A stretch of DNA of 64,000 bases. It comes from Candidatus Terraquivivens tengchongensis (GTDB lineage Archaea; Thermoproteota; Nitrososphaeria_A; Caldarchaeales; Wolframiiraptoraceae). The stretch lies in contig JALNJZ010000002.1 of NCBI GenBank assembly GCA_023261845.1, positions 160,001 through 224,000 of the forward strand, written 5' to 3'. This document shows, piece after piece, positions 1 to 9,264 of this stretch. Below the pieces are notes generated by a model. The model searched no databases. It had not been told where the DNA came from and saw only the letters and a program-made list of their open reading frames with translations. A program made the translations under genes and the position numbers. The first letter of the stretch is position 1. Each line of letters opens with the position of its first letter.

Positions 1-74
1 ATAAAGGTTGCATCGATATCTGGGTAAACTTAAACGGTACGTGTCCAAGCTGTAAGAAGCCCGTAGTCAGATAA
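1..74 (+). CDS. 3' end of a RING-finger protein (RING-H2-like, putative E3 ligase), partial at window edge
   Basis: Not in ORF track. Frame from nt 3 reads KGCIDIWVNLNGTCPSCKKPVVR*, and the partial codon xAT fits His, giving the H-x2-C-I-x2-W-x6-C-P-x-C RING C-terminal signature. Confidence 0.75.
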   Translation, partial: KGCIDIWVNLNGTCPSCKKPVVR

Positions 75-116
75 ACCTTTTTATATTAAACAAGTATTAC
101 GTTTACCCTTAGGCGT

Positions 117-1586
117 ATGGAATCAACAACCTCGCTATACAACGAGATAGTCAGGCTGGCGCTCGAACGGAACTTCTTCTTCCCATCATCTGAGATATAC
201 AGTGATGCACCCGCAGGTTTTTACGAATATGGACCGCTGGCAGTATCGATGAAGAACAAGTACATAGAGATATGGCGAAGAGAACTGATTAGAAGAGATG
301 AGATGGTGGAGATAGACGGCTCTCAGATAATGCCGAAGAGTGTATTTATAGCATCTGGACATCTTGAAAGCTTCACCGATCCTATAACTAGATGCACATC
401 ATGTAATGCCATCTTTAGAGCTGATAAACTACTTGAGGAAATCTTAGGATTTTCAGTGTCCGAAAGGCTGGCTACGGAGGAGATGGATAAGCTTATCTCA
501 GAACATAATGTAGCCTGTCCAAAGTGCAAAGGCAAACTTGATAAGGTTTCAAAGTTTAACATGATGTTCAAAGTAAACGTTGGCGTGTCAGGAGATGAAT
601 GTTACCTCAGGCCAGAAACATGCCAGAGCATCTTCGTCGATTTCCTTAGGATTTACAAAACGATGAGAAAGAAACTTCCATTTGCGATCGCACAATACGG
701 TAAAAGTTTCAGGAATGAGATATCGCCCAGACAATCTCTGATTAGGCTTAGAGAGTTCTACCAGGCGGAGATCGAGGTATTCTTTAATCCGAAGAAGGCT
801 AATGATTTACCAAAAGCACGCGAGTATGAGAATTATGTTTTAAGGTTAAAGCCTTTAGAGAAAGATGAGGTCATTAAAGTTTCTTGCAAAGAGAGTGTCG
901 AGACGGGTCTCATCTCGAGCATGCTCGTAGCCTATTACCTTGCCCTCATCCAACGTTTCTACCAAATTGTAGGCATTGACATGGAACGATTCAGGTTAAG
1001 ACAATTGAGTGACGACGAAAGGGCATTCTATGCGAAGGAGGCATGGGATGTGGAAGTTTTGACGAGCATTGGATGGATAGAGCTTGTTGCCTGTAACAAC
1101 AGGACAGATTACGATCTCTCCGGCCACTCTAGAGTTAGCGGTCAAGATTTGAGCGTTTACGATGACGGTGAGAAAATCATACCACATGTATTCGAACTTT
1201 CCATGGGGGTTGACAGAAGTCTGTTTTGTATATTAGAGCATAGTTATACAAAAGAAAGCGATAGAACGTTATTGAAGCTTCCGCCTATGCTAGCACCAAT
1301 TCAGGTAGCAGTTTTCCCGCTTGTTACCAAGGATGGTTTAGACAAAAAGGCAATGGAGGTCTACGAAGCACTAAAGCTAGACTTTGATGCCATCTATGAC
1401 GATAGCGGCTCTATAGGCAGGCGCTACAGGAGACAAGACGAAATAGGCACACCGTTTTGCGTGACTATAGATTATCAAACAATGGAAAATGAAACCGTTA
1501 CAGTTAGGGATAGAGACACAATGAATCAGGAAAGGGTACCTATCAGGGACCTCAAAAGGTACCTCATGGAAAAGTTAAGATATTGA
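117..1586 (+). CDS. glyS: Glycine--tRNA ligase (alpha2, archaeal/eukaryal type)
   Basis: YLRPETCQ, GKSFRNEISPRQ-LIRLREF, ELSMGVDR motifs and C-terminal anticodon-binding domain (SIGRRYRRQDEIGTP). Confidence 0.97.
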   Translation: MESTTSLYNEIVRLALERNFFFPSSEIYSDAPAGFYEYGPLAVSMKNKYIEIWRRELIRRDEMVEIDGSQIMPKSVFIASGHLESFTDPITRCTSCNAIFRADKLLEEILGFSVSERLATEEMDKLISEHNVACPKCKGKLDKVSKFNMMFKVNVGVSGDECYLRPETCQSIFVDFLRIYKTMRKKLPFAIAQYGKSFRNEISPRQSLIRLREFYQAEIEVFFNPKKANDLPKAREYENYVLRLKPLEKDEVIKVSCKESVETGLISSMLVAYYLALIQRFYQIVGIDMERFRLRQLSDDERAFYAKEAWDVEVLTSIGWIELVACNNRTDYDLSGHSRVSGQDLSVYDDGEKIIPHVFELSMGVDRSLFCILEHSYTKESDRTLLKLPPMLAPIQVAVFPLVTKDGLDKKAMEVYEALKLDFDAIYDDSGSIGRRYRRQDEIGTPFCVTIDYQTMENETVTVRDRDTMNQERVPIRDLKRYLMEKLRY

Positions 1587-1633
1587 ACAATTAGGATGAG
1601 AAAGGTTTAAAGCAATAATGTTTATTCTTAAAT

Positions 1634-2308
1634 GTGAACGACATGACTCTACCAAGGGATAGAGAAGAAGAATATAGTGCCAGGTTGCTCTCGCTACTAC
1701 AAGACCAAATTCGGAAGGTTATGGAGATGTCTAGGGCAGTCCTTTTGATGATAGAGGATATCATGAATGAAGTTCCCCTTAAAGACATAGAGGCCAGATA
1801 CGATGCAATCTTGAAACTTGACGATGAAGAACGGAACATTAGAAGGATGATAGAAAAGGACATTGCCAACATAGGTGCACTCCTAACGAGCAAGGAGGAT
1901 TTCATAAGACTGATGAATAGTCTCGATAAAATCGCTGACACATCAGAAGGAATTGCTTATAGACTCGTGAGTCTGATAAAGATGAAGTTCAAAATAAACA
2001 AAGACATATTCAAAGGAGTGCTCCAGCTAGGCGAGGCGGTTCATTCGATCCTCGGTAAACTAAGAGAAGCGTTGCTAAGCGTCGCACTTGATTCTGAGAC
2101 TTTCATGAAGAAGGTTGCGGAAATAGATAACGCAGAAAGAGAAATAGACGACATATACAGGAATTTAAGCCTTGTAATCCTTCAGAGCGATATGAAGGTT
2201 GGCCATATGTTCCTCATAAGGGAAATAGTGTCTTTGCTCGAAGAGATAGCGGACAAGGCTGAAGAATCCGTCGAAACATTAAGGACGCTCTCACTCACGG
2301 TGTTTTAG
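1634..2308 (+). CDS. DUF47/PhoU-like phosphate transport regulator
   Basis: Two helical repeats with E-x2-(A/I)D...D-K-(I/A)-(A/E)-D/E patterns; start may be ATG 1643. Confidence 0.8.
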   Translation: MNDMTLPRDREEEYSARLLSLLQDQIRKVMEMSRAVLLMIEDIMNEVPLKDIEARYDAILKLDDEERNIRRMIEKDIANIGALLTSKEDFIRLMNSLDKIADTSEGIAYRLVSLIKMKFKINKDIFKGVLQLGEAVHSILGKLREALLSVALDSETFMKKVAEIDNAEREIDDIYRNLSLVILQSDMKVGHMFLIREIVSLLEEIADKAEESVETLRTLSLTVF

Positions 2309-2878
2309 TTGACGCATACTTTAAACGATCAAGAGAAGATAGTTGCCGACCTCGTTCAAGACAACATAATAGTGTGGGATGTAAAGAAGGGGAGGGAGCT
2401 CTACAAGTTAGGATGCTACGGAAAACCACTCGGCATACCTAAGCCCAAGAGTTTCGAGTTTGACGCACCACTCATTTTAGACGTGATAGAAGCAGTTTAT
2501 TTGGTAGAGAAAGGAATCATCAGCGTTAAGAAAAACAACTCTTTGATGAAGTTGGATGAGCTGATAGAGTACGGAAAGAAGAATTATGAAAGGTTCGAGG
2601 AGAAGTATTTGGTGTACAAAGACCTGAGGGATAGGGGATTCGTGGTCACACCTGGCATAAAGTTCGGAAGCGACTTCGCGGTATACAAGCACGGCCCAGG
2701 AATAGATCATGCGCCCTTCATAGTCCAGGTCAAGCTCGAAGACGACGAGCTTTCGGCCGCGGATCTGATAAGGGCAGGCAGGCTGGCAACTACCGTCAGG
2801 AAGCGCTTCGTCATAGCCGTCCCGAATCTAATGGATAAAAAGGTCACGTACTTGGCGTTTGAGTGGTGGAAGGCTTAG
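2309..2878 (+). CDS. endA: tRNA-splicing endonuclease, catalytic (alpha) subunit
   Basis: VYKDLRDRG, GIKFGSDFAVY...DHAPF...VRK (Tyr-His-Lys triad); YGKPLGIPKPK loop. Confidence 0.95.
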   Translation: MTHTLNDQEKIVADLVQDNIIVWDVKKGRELYKLGCYGKPLGIPKPKSFEFDAPLILDVIEAVYLVEKGIISVKKNNSLMKLDELIEYGKKNYERFEEKYLVYKDLRDRGFVVTPGIKFGSDFAVYKHGPGIDHAPFIVQVKLEDDELSAADLIRAGRLATTVRKRFVIAVPNLMDKKVTYLAFEWWKA

Positions 2879-2902
2879 AGGTCTTTTTGTATTGATGAAA
2901 AA

Positions 2903-2977
2903 CGGGCCCGGCGGGATTCGAACCCGCGACCCCCGACTTAGAAGGCCGGTGCGCTGTCCATTCTGCGCCACGGGCCC
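2903..2977 (-). tRNA. tRNA-Arg(UCU), intronless, no encoded CCA
   Basis: Reverse complement folds to a cloverleaf: GGGCCCG/CGGGCCC acceptor, anticodon arm CCGGC-CT-TCT-AA-GTCGG, T-loop GTTCGAATC. Confidence 0.96.
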
Positions 2978-3131
2978 TTTTACGTTGCGAAACACAATAT
3001 TTACGCTGTTTATGTTATGATGGTCGCTGCCTTATAAATATCCTTCTATGAACAGTTTTAGATGTTACTTTCTAAAAATTCGGAAAAATTTTGAAAAAGT
3101 TTTTAAGAATTATAAAGGATCAAAGCCCGAG

Positions 3132-3377
3132 ATGACGGATAAACCTGTTATCGAGACAAGATCGTTAGTAAAGATTTATAGAGCTGGTCCAGTCGAGGTG
3201 CCGGCCCTAGGGGATCGTGAAGAACGTAGAACTTCAGCTCTCTATGAGTCCTGTAATTACGCCTGAACTAATCGTAACTGCTTTACTGTTTGCCGTGTTG
3301 ATAGGTGCTTTAGCAGGGCTGTTGCCCGCATAGAGGATCACAAAGTTAACACCTGTCAAGCTTTACGATATGAATAA
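3132..3377 (+). pseudogene. Collapsed MacB/LolCDE-type ABC transporter operon (ATPase N-terminus joined to permease C-terminus)
   Basis: 3132 reads MTDKPVIETRSLVKIYRAGPVEVPAL (ABC ATPase start). From 3244: MSPVITPELIVTALLFAVLIGALAGLLPA*RITKLTPV, then after a 1-nt shift ALRYE* (permease C-terminal motif). Stop at 3331-3333. Confidence 0.85.
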
Positions 3378-3553
3378 CACAATAGTATGACGATAACTCC
3401 TCAAAAGCCCCTTAGCAAACTATAAGGTCTGAGTTGGGGCTTTATATATTGAACATTAACTTCAGCCCCAGCTCTTTAATGACCGAATAAACCAGTTAAA
3501 GCAAAGTCCTTTTATACCAAAAGAATTATATAGGTAATACAGATGAAAAAATC

Positions 3554-4393
3554 ATGCCATATTGTCCCAAATGTGGGAGAGAGGTCTCTCCCGAAGATTC
3601 TTTCTGCAGAAATTGTGGCACCAGTCTGGTTCCTGTTGTTCAATACCCGCCCACACATCCAGTAGTTGCTCCACCACCAAAGTGGAGCAGGAGAAAATTC
3701 ATAGGAGCGGTGGTCGGCATATCAGCTTTGGCTCTGCTTGGGTTTTTTGCGTACCAACAATATGGAAAAGAACTGGAGAAACTTTTTGGTCAGGAGACCA
3801 CGACTACGACAAAGATTGTTACGACTTCGAAGCAGACGACAACAGCCCAACCATATGTTACTACAACAGCTGGCACTACTACAATAACGACCACTACTTC
3901 ACCGTATTCCACTACGACAACAACTACGACGACAACACCTGCTGTAGCATGGCCGAGGGACAAGCCTGAATGGATTGAAAGGGATTGGGAGGAAACAGTT
4001 TATCCTTACTTGGTTGCATACTGTCAAGCTGAGCGTGAAGCTGTTGAAACTACAGTGGTAAACGAAGGAAATGCTACCGCCTACTTTGCTGTATTAGAGC
4101 TTTATGCTCTAGGAAGATATCGTTTTGATGAACCCAACCGTCATCTAGACCACTCTCTAAGAGAGCTTGTACTCTTAAGACGTTTTTCAGGTATAGTCCT
4201 ACATCCTGGAGAGAGAAAGAATTTCCAATTCGTAATAGACGCTCCACCAAAGATTTACGACCCGGTCGTTTGGATATGTTATGACCCAATACTTGACCCG
4301 AAAGGATTTAGTGTAGATAGTAATGCTGAGCTGAGATCCGTAGTTCAAAACAGACATGTGGTTATACGAGGTCGATACGGAATAATTGGGTGA
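3554..4393 (+). CDS. Zinc-ribbon, membrane-anchored protein with Thr-rich linker and C-terminal extracellular domain
   Basis: N-terminal CPKC...CRNC, Pro-rich spacer, SRRKFI + hydrophobic helix, poly-Thr stalk, beta-rich C-terminal domain. Confidence 0.85.
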   Translation: MPYCPKCGREVSPEDSFCRNCGTSLVPVVQYPPTHPVVAPPPKWSRRKFIGAVVGISALALLGFFAYQQYGKELEKLFGQETTTTTKIVTTSKQTTTAQPYVTTTAGTTTITTTTSPYSTTTTTTTTTPAVAWPRDKPEWIERDWEETVYPYLVAYCQAEREAVETTVVNEGNATAYFAVLELYALGRYRFDEPNRHLDHSLRELVLLRRFSGIVLHPGERKNFQFVIDAPPKIYDPVVWICYDPILDPKGFSVDSNAELRSVVQNRHVVIRGRYGIIG

Positions 4394-4399
4394 TTATAC

Positions 4400-6219
4400 A
4401 TGCCAAGGCAAGCCGTTCATATGATTGTTTTGGACGAAGTCATAAGTAGGCTTAGAGTAAGTACAAACCAAGCTGAAAGAAGGATTGGAGATTTGATGTA
4501 TAGAAATAGACAAGCGGCCGTTCTTGGGTGCATAGGTCCTGATATATTCTACTGTGCCCCAGACTTTAACATGATTGGTAAGTTAAGTAATTTCTATAGG
4601 AACTTTAACAACATCATAAATTTGTATAATACGATTGACTTAAAAATAAAGGAGGTTTTTACACTCTTAGGAAATCCTGTTGAAAACACTGTTGGAACAC
4701 TTCTGCCCTCAACGGTAGACATGCTCAAAAGGATTATTGAAGAGATAAAGAGGATGGTTGACCTTTTCAGTTCTATGTTAAATAAGGAACTCTTCAGTGG
4801 CGTTATTGACAGATTTAACCTTCTTGACAATTTATCAAGTCTTCCAAATCTAACGCATTTACTGTTTGATGATTTTATGCCTCCTATGCAGCTTGGTTTT
4901 GATGAAAGGCAATGGTACTGGTTTGATATGCTTCATTGTAGAGAAACTGGTACGTTTGCGAGAAATCTAATTAGACTCGCTGGAAACGATGAAACAAAGC
5001 TTGCGTATGCTTATGGGTACCTAACGCATATAGCAACGGATACGGTAGGTCATCCGTTCATAAATCAAATAGTGGGTGGTCCGTATCGTATGCATCCACA
5101 ACGCTATACCACATGTGAGATTTTCGTAGATTCTTGGGTTTTCTTTGATCGCTTTGGTGAAAGCATAAATACGGGACTCTTAACCAGCTAAACCTCCCCC
5201 AAACCCTTCCAAACGGAATAGCTGATCTTTTACATAGAGCTTTTATAGAGACCTACCAAAACAAATCACATCCATTAAGGATAAACGAAAGCCAAGGAGG
5301 ATTCTTAACGATTGATAATATCAGGTCAACATACGATATCTTTAGATTTAACACCGAGGTTCTTGGAGGCATAACCATAAAACCACCTACAGAACCATTT
5401 AGCGGAGTCCTAGAATTACTAGAAAGGGCACTTGAGAACTTTAAGGGGCCACCATCACCTCCTGAGATTGGAAGACTTTGCAGCATAGAAGAATTCTTCA
5501 GCTCCACGGATTGTATAGAAGGATTTTTCGAATCTATTACGGAATGGCTTGAGTACTTTGGAGAGCTAATTATATGGACAATTGAAACGATATTTTCTCT
5601 GATAGACTTTGTGCTGACAGCTCTGCTAAGCTTACCAATTGCCGTTTTGATGGCTATTCTGTATGGAATTCAATTGGTTATCTATAACCTCTACCGTCAA
5701 GCACGTTCGGTCTTGATGCAAGCTGGACTTCTATGCCCTGAGCCGGATGAGCTACAAACAAGTTATGGGACGAGCCTTGTAACACCTTGCTACTCTCGTT
5801 CATCACCTTTCAAGGGTTATCCACGCGTACACTCCCATTTATTACACAACATTTTATTCCCGAACACAACAGTCGAGGAGCCTGGAACTCTAAGCGCCTT
5901 TTATCAGAGGAATCAGAGTTCTACACCTAGGAAGTTTATTTATGAGGATAGCTTCAGTGAAAGTAACCTGATAGCCTATGCACGTGCTACCAATCCCAAG
6001 GAAACGCGAGATCTCCAAATGAAGGGGCGCTCTATAGGAAATGCTATAAGTTTCTCTTATTGGCTCATCGTAAACTCTTTAAACTCAAATTTAGAGAGTG
6101 TGGTTTACACCAATTGGAACCTGTTTTCTGATAGAGGTTACGGATACAAATGCTGGACAACGAAGCAGAGACTTAGCCATGATAGACCGGTGATGGTTTT
6201 AGACGAGACTTACGTCTGA
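4400..6219 (+). pseudogene. Zn-dependent phospholipase C-family protein split by a single frameshift (~606 aa if joined)
   Basis: MP-x4-H, LGCIGPD, DMLH, GYLTHIATDTVGHP motifs in 4400-5191; the -1 frame is open from 5161 through 6219, including the 5611 ORF. Confidence 0.8.
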
Positions 6220-6478
6220 CAAACAATCCCTTGACAATGGTGTTTTAGTTCAACTTGGAAGTTTTGCTGTGGGTATTAGACTTGATTAAATGTCCGCCTT
6301 TTACCAATAAATCTGACACGCTGCAGAATTTCTGCAATAGATATATGATTACTTTTACGCGCTTTTATCAAGCATAACGCGGTACTCGTCAAATAAAAAA
6401 TATTCGATGAACATATACGGTATGAGTCATTGATCGCTATCAAACCTATATACTCGATAGTGGTCGGGATGTTTTAAA

Positions 6479-7690
6479 ATGCAGGGCTGGAAGCATCATC
6501 ACACTATATGGCTGACGATGATACTTGGATGGATATCGATATACATGATAAGGATGGCACCCTCAGCCTCTTTGGCAAGCATAAAGCATGAGTTTAACCT
6601 CTCATACACGGAGGCGGGCCTTCTTGTTACTGCGTATTTCTACACTTATTTCCTTGCACAGTTTCCTTCTGGATGGATGGGCGACAAATTCGGCCGAAGG
6701 CGCGTGCTGAGCTTGTCCAGTGTACTGTGGGGCATATTGTCTATCTTCACTGCCCTCGCAAATAACTTCCATCAACTCCTAGCGACAAGGATGGCAACTG
6801 GCGTCGCTCAGGGCTTGTACTTCGGTAACGACCGTCCCATAGTCGCGGCATACACGCCGAAAGGTAGTGCTGGAATAAGTCAAGGTATGTCCTTCATAGG
6901 CATAGGCCTCGGAACGGTCCTCGGTATGTACCTGGGCGGCCTTATAACGTCGTTGATGGGATGGAGGTGGATGTTCATATTCTTCGCTATACCCTCCTTT
7001 ATAGTCTCAATCATGATGTTTATGTTGCTCAAGGACGTCCCCTCGAATGGAGACAATGGCTTGAGATCTTTTTCAGAGTTGCTCAGAAATAGAGACTTCT
7101 TGCTTATGTGCCTCGCTGGCATACCGTGCATATATGCCTTCTGGGTCTTAGCTACATGGGCTCCGACGATGTTCATGGAGATGGGTATAGGTGATATCGC
7201 TATGTCGTCGTTGCTGGCATCCATCATAGGTATGGCAGCAGTTCCAAGCCTAATATCCATGGGCTACCTGAGCGATGCCCTAAAGAAGAGAGGCATAAGG
7301 AGGAAGCTGATAACAGTCTTAGATATAACGTTACTATCACTATTCTTATTCCTGTTCAGTTACGCCCTGTCTATAAACTCGAGCCCGATATTGCTGATAG
7401 CATTTTACGCGGTGATCAGTCTGCTTTACTGGGGTTTCATAGCACCGCTTTACGCCATGCTACAGGAGACAGTTCCTAGCAGACTTCACGGCACAGCCTT
7501 CGGTTTGATGAATGGTATACACTTCACCGGGTCGCTGATATCTCCTTGGCTTACGGGTCTGCTGAGGGACTTGACCGGCAACTTCGTCTGGAGTATTTAC
7601 ATACCTGCTACAATGTTGCTGTTCAGCTCCTTGATAATAGCTTCGGTATCACCGGCCTTTAGCTTCAAGGAGAAGACGACAAAACTTTAG
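6479..7690 (+). CDS. MFS transporter
   Basis: About 12 hydrophobic segments; motif A GWMGDKFGRRRVL. Confidence 0.93.
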   Translation: MQGWKHHHTIWLTMILGWISIYMIRMAPSASLASIKHEFNLSYTEAGLLVTAYFYTYFLAQFPSGWMGDKFGRRRVLSLSSVLWGILSIFTALANNFHQLLATRMATGVAQGLYFGNDRPIVAAYTPKGSAGISQGMSFIGIGLGTVLGMYLGGLITSLMGWRWMFIFFAIPSFIVSIMMFMLLKDVPSNGDNGLRSFSELLRNRDFLLMCLAGIPCIYAFWVLATWAPTMFMEMGIGDIAMSSLLASIIGMAAVPSLISMGYLSDALKKRGIRRKLITVLDITLLSLFLFLFSYALSINSSPILLIAFYAVISLLYWGFIAPLYAMLQETVPSRLHGTAFGLMNGIHFTGSLISPWLTGLLRDLTGNFVWSIYIPATMLLFSSLIIASVSPAFSFKEKTTKL

Positions 7691-7732
7691 CATGTTAGCG
7701 TAAGTTTTATAACTTCCACAAAAAAATTTAAG

Positions 7733-9262
7733 ATGAGAGTCATGTCGGCTGAGGCGAATTATCTTCTTTTAATGCCAGAGCATAAGTATCCCAGATGTTT
7801 TTGCACCGAAGAAGAAGTAATAATGGCTAAAAGGATACGCGAATTCGTTGACAAAGAAGTCTTGCCCAATAGACAGAATTTAGAGGGTGGGTGGCACCGC
7901 GATGAAGAGTTAGCACATAAGACGTTATTCGATCTGTATTACAAGTGCCATCAGCTAGGGTTAACTATCTCAAACTTACCAAGCGAATACGGCGGTCTAG
8001 CTTTATCACCAATAGTCAGGTACATGATAAATGAAGAACTGTCCCGTGGCGACGTCGGGTTAGCAACTTTGGTGGGTAAAACGCATTGGATAGCGTCGTT
8101 CATGTACAACAGGGTGCAAGTGAGAGAAGATTTGCTTGAGGAGTTTGCGCCCAAATTGACCAGCAATGTTCCGTACATCACATGCGTAAACATCAGCGAG
8201 CCGGAAGGCGGTGCGAATATAGAAGACCCGGCCTTAGAATTGAGGACCTTGAACACAGTAATCGCCAAAAAGGAAGGGGATTTCTGGGTGTTGAATGGGC
8301 ACAAGATTTGGCCCGGACCTGCCGCCGACCCTTCGTATTGGGATAGGTGGCATGAAAAATGGCCAGATAAGTTTGCCGGTCACCTCGGCTACTGGGTTGT
8401 TGTGACCGAGGATCCTAGCAGAGGTGAGGACGCAGCAGGTATGGTATATCATCCATACAATGCCGAGGGCGTCAGGTTTGGTCTACCATACAAAAAGTGC
8501 GGTCTATGTTGGACTGATGAAAACGTCGAGATATGGTACGAAAACGTTAAGGTTCCAGCCAAGTATAGGGTTGACGTCAAGCCGGGAAATGGTGCCAAGA
8601 TAATTCATGGGTATGTTATTGGACCGGGCAGGCTTGCTGCCGCCGCAAGGCTCACGGGAATTGCGACAGCATGTTTGGAGATCGCTCTGGAGTGGACAAA
8701 GAGCAGACAGATTGCAGGAAAACCCGTAAGGGAGAGGTCATACTTCGCATCCATTCTGGCTGACATGTACAGGATGGTTGACTTAGCTAGACAGTATTAT
8801 CTATCAGTCACTTGGCAACTCATGCACCCCGAGATATATGGTGAATCTTGGGAACCACACATGCTCGCAAAGTTTTCGACGGCGCGCTCTTTCGCTGGCG
8901 AAGCTGCTATGTTCTGCGCAAACAAAGCCATGGAGCTCATGAGCTCGTATGGTTACGTATTCGAGATGAACCTCGAGAAATATTATAGAGATTTCAAGAT
9001 CGTGCAAATGTGGCTTGGAGGTGCCCAGAGAGATAGGCTGGATATAGCACAAGGCTTGTATGGCCCGTTCAAGTGGGCTGGTTACGAAGATTGGTTAAGG
9101 GCGAGATGGCCGAAAAAGTTTGCTGACTTAAAGAATATAATCGAAAAGGAGATAGACAAGACACTCAACAGAACCTCGGGAAGTGAAAAAGAAGCTGAGA
9201 AGATAAGGAAAGAGTTAAGCAGGGACATGGAGTACGACATAGACGAGGCGACAAAAGGTTAA
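7733..9262 (+). CDS. Acyl-CoA dehydrogenase-family flavoprotein (atypical)
   Basis: EELSRGD, ISEPEGGAN, LNGHKIW, RQIAGKP, GYVFEMNLEKYYRD motifs. Confidence 0.88.
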   Translation: MRVMSAEANYLLLMPEHKYPRCFCTEEEVIMAKRIREFVDKEVLPNRQNLEGGWHRDEELAHKTLFDLYYKCHQLGLTISNLPSEYGGLALSPIVRYMINEELSRGDVGLATLVGKTHWIASFMYNRVQVREDLLEEFAPKLTSNVPYITCVNISEPEGGANIEDPALELRTLNTVIAKKEGDFWVLNGHKIWPGPAADPSYWDRWHEKWPDKFAGHLGYWVVVTEDPSRGEDAAGMVYHPYNAEGVRFGLPYKKCGLCWTDENVEIWYENVKVPAKYRVDVKPGNGAKIIHGYVIGPGRLAAAARLTGIATACLEIALEWTKSRQIAGKPVRERSYFASILADMYRMVDLARQYYLSVTWQLMHPEIYGESWEPHMLAKFSTARSFAGEAAMFCANKAMELMSSYGYVFEMNLEKYYRDFKIVQMWLGGAQRDRLDIAQGLYGPFKWAGYEDWLRARWPKKFADLKNIIEKEIDKTLNRTSGSEKEAEKIRKELSRDMEYDIDEATKG

Positions 9263-9264
9263 CA

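Noticed and set aside
3048-3266. 72-aa ORF as a real gene
   Set aside because: Chimera of A-tract promoter sequence, the ABC ATPase remnant and out-of-frame sequence.
3388-3432. ATGACGA...CTGA as a C/D sRNA
   Set aside because: Imperfect box C, no recognisable D'/C' boxes and no identifiable guide target.
3796-3940. ACN-rich quasi-repeat (acgacaacaact...)
   Set aside because: Encodes the Thr-rich linker of the 3554 ORF; no fixed repeat-spacer structure, so not CRISPR or a tandem array.
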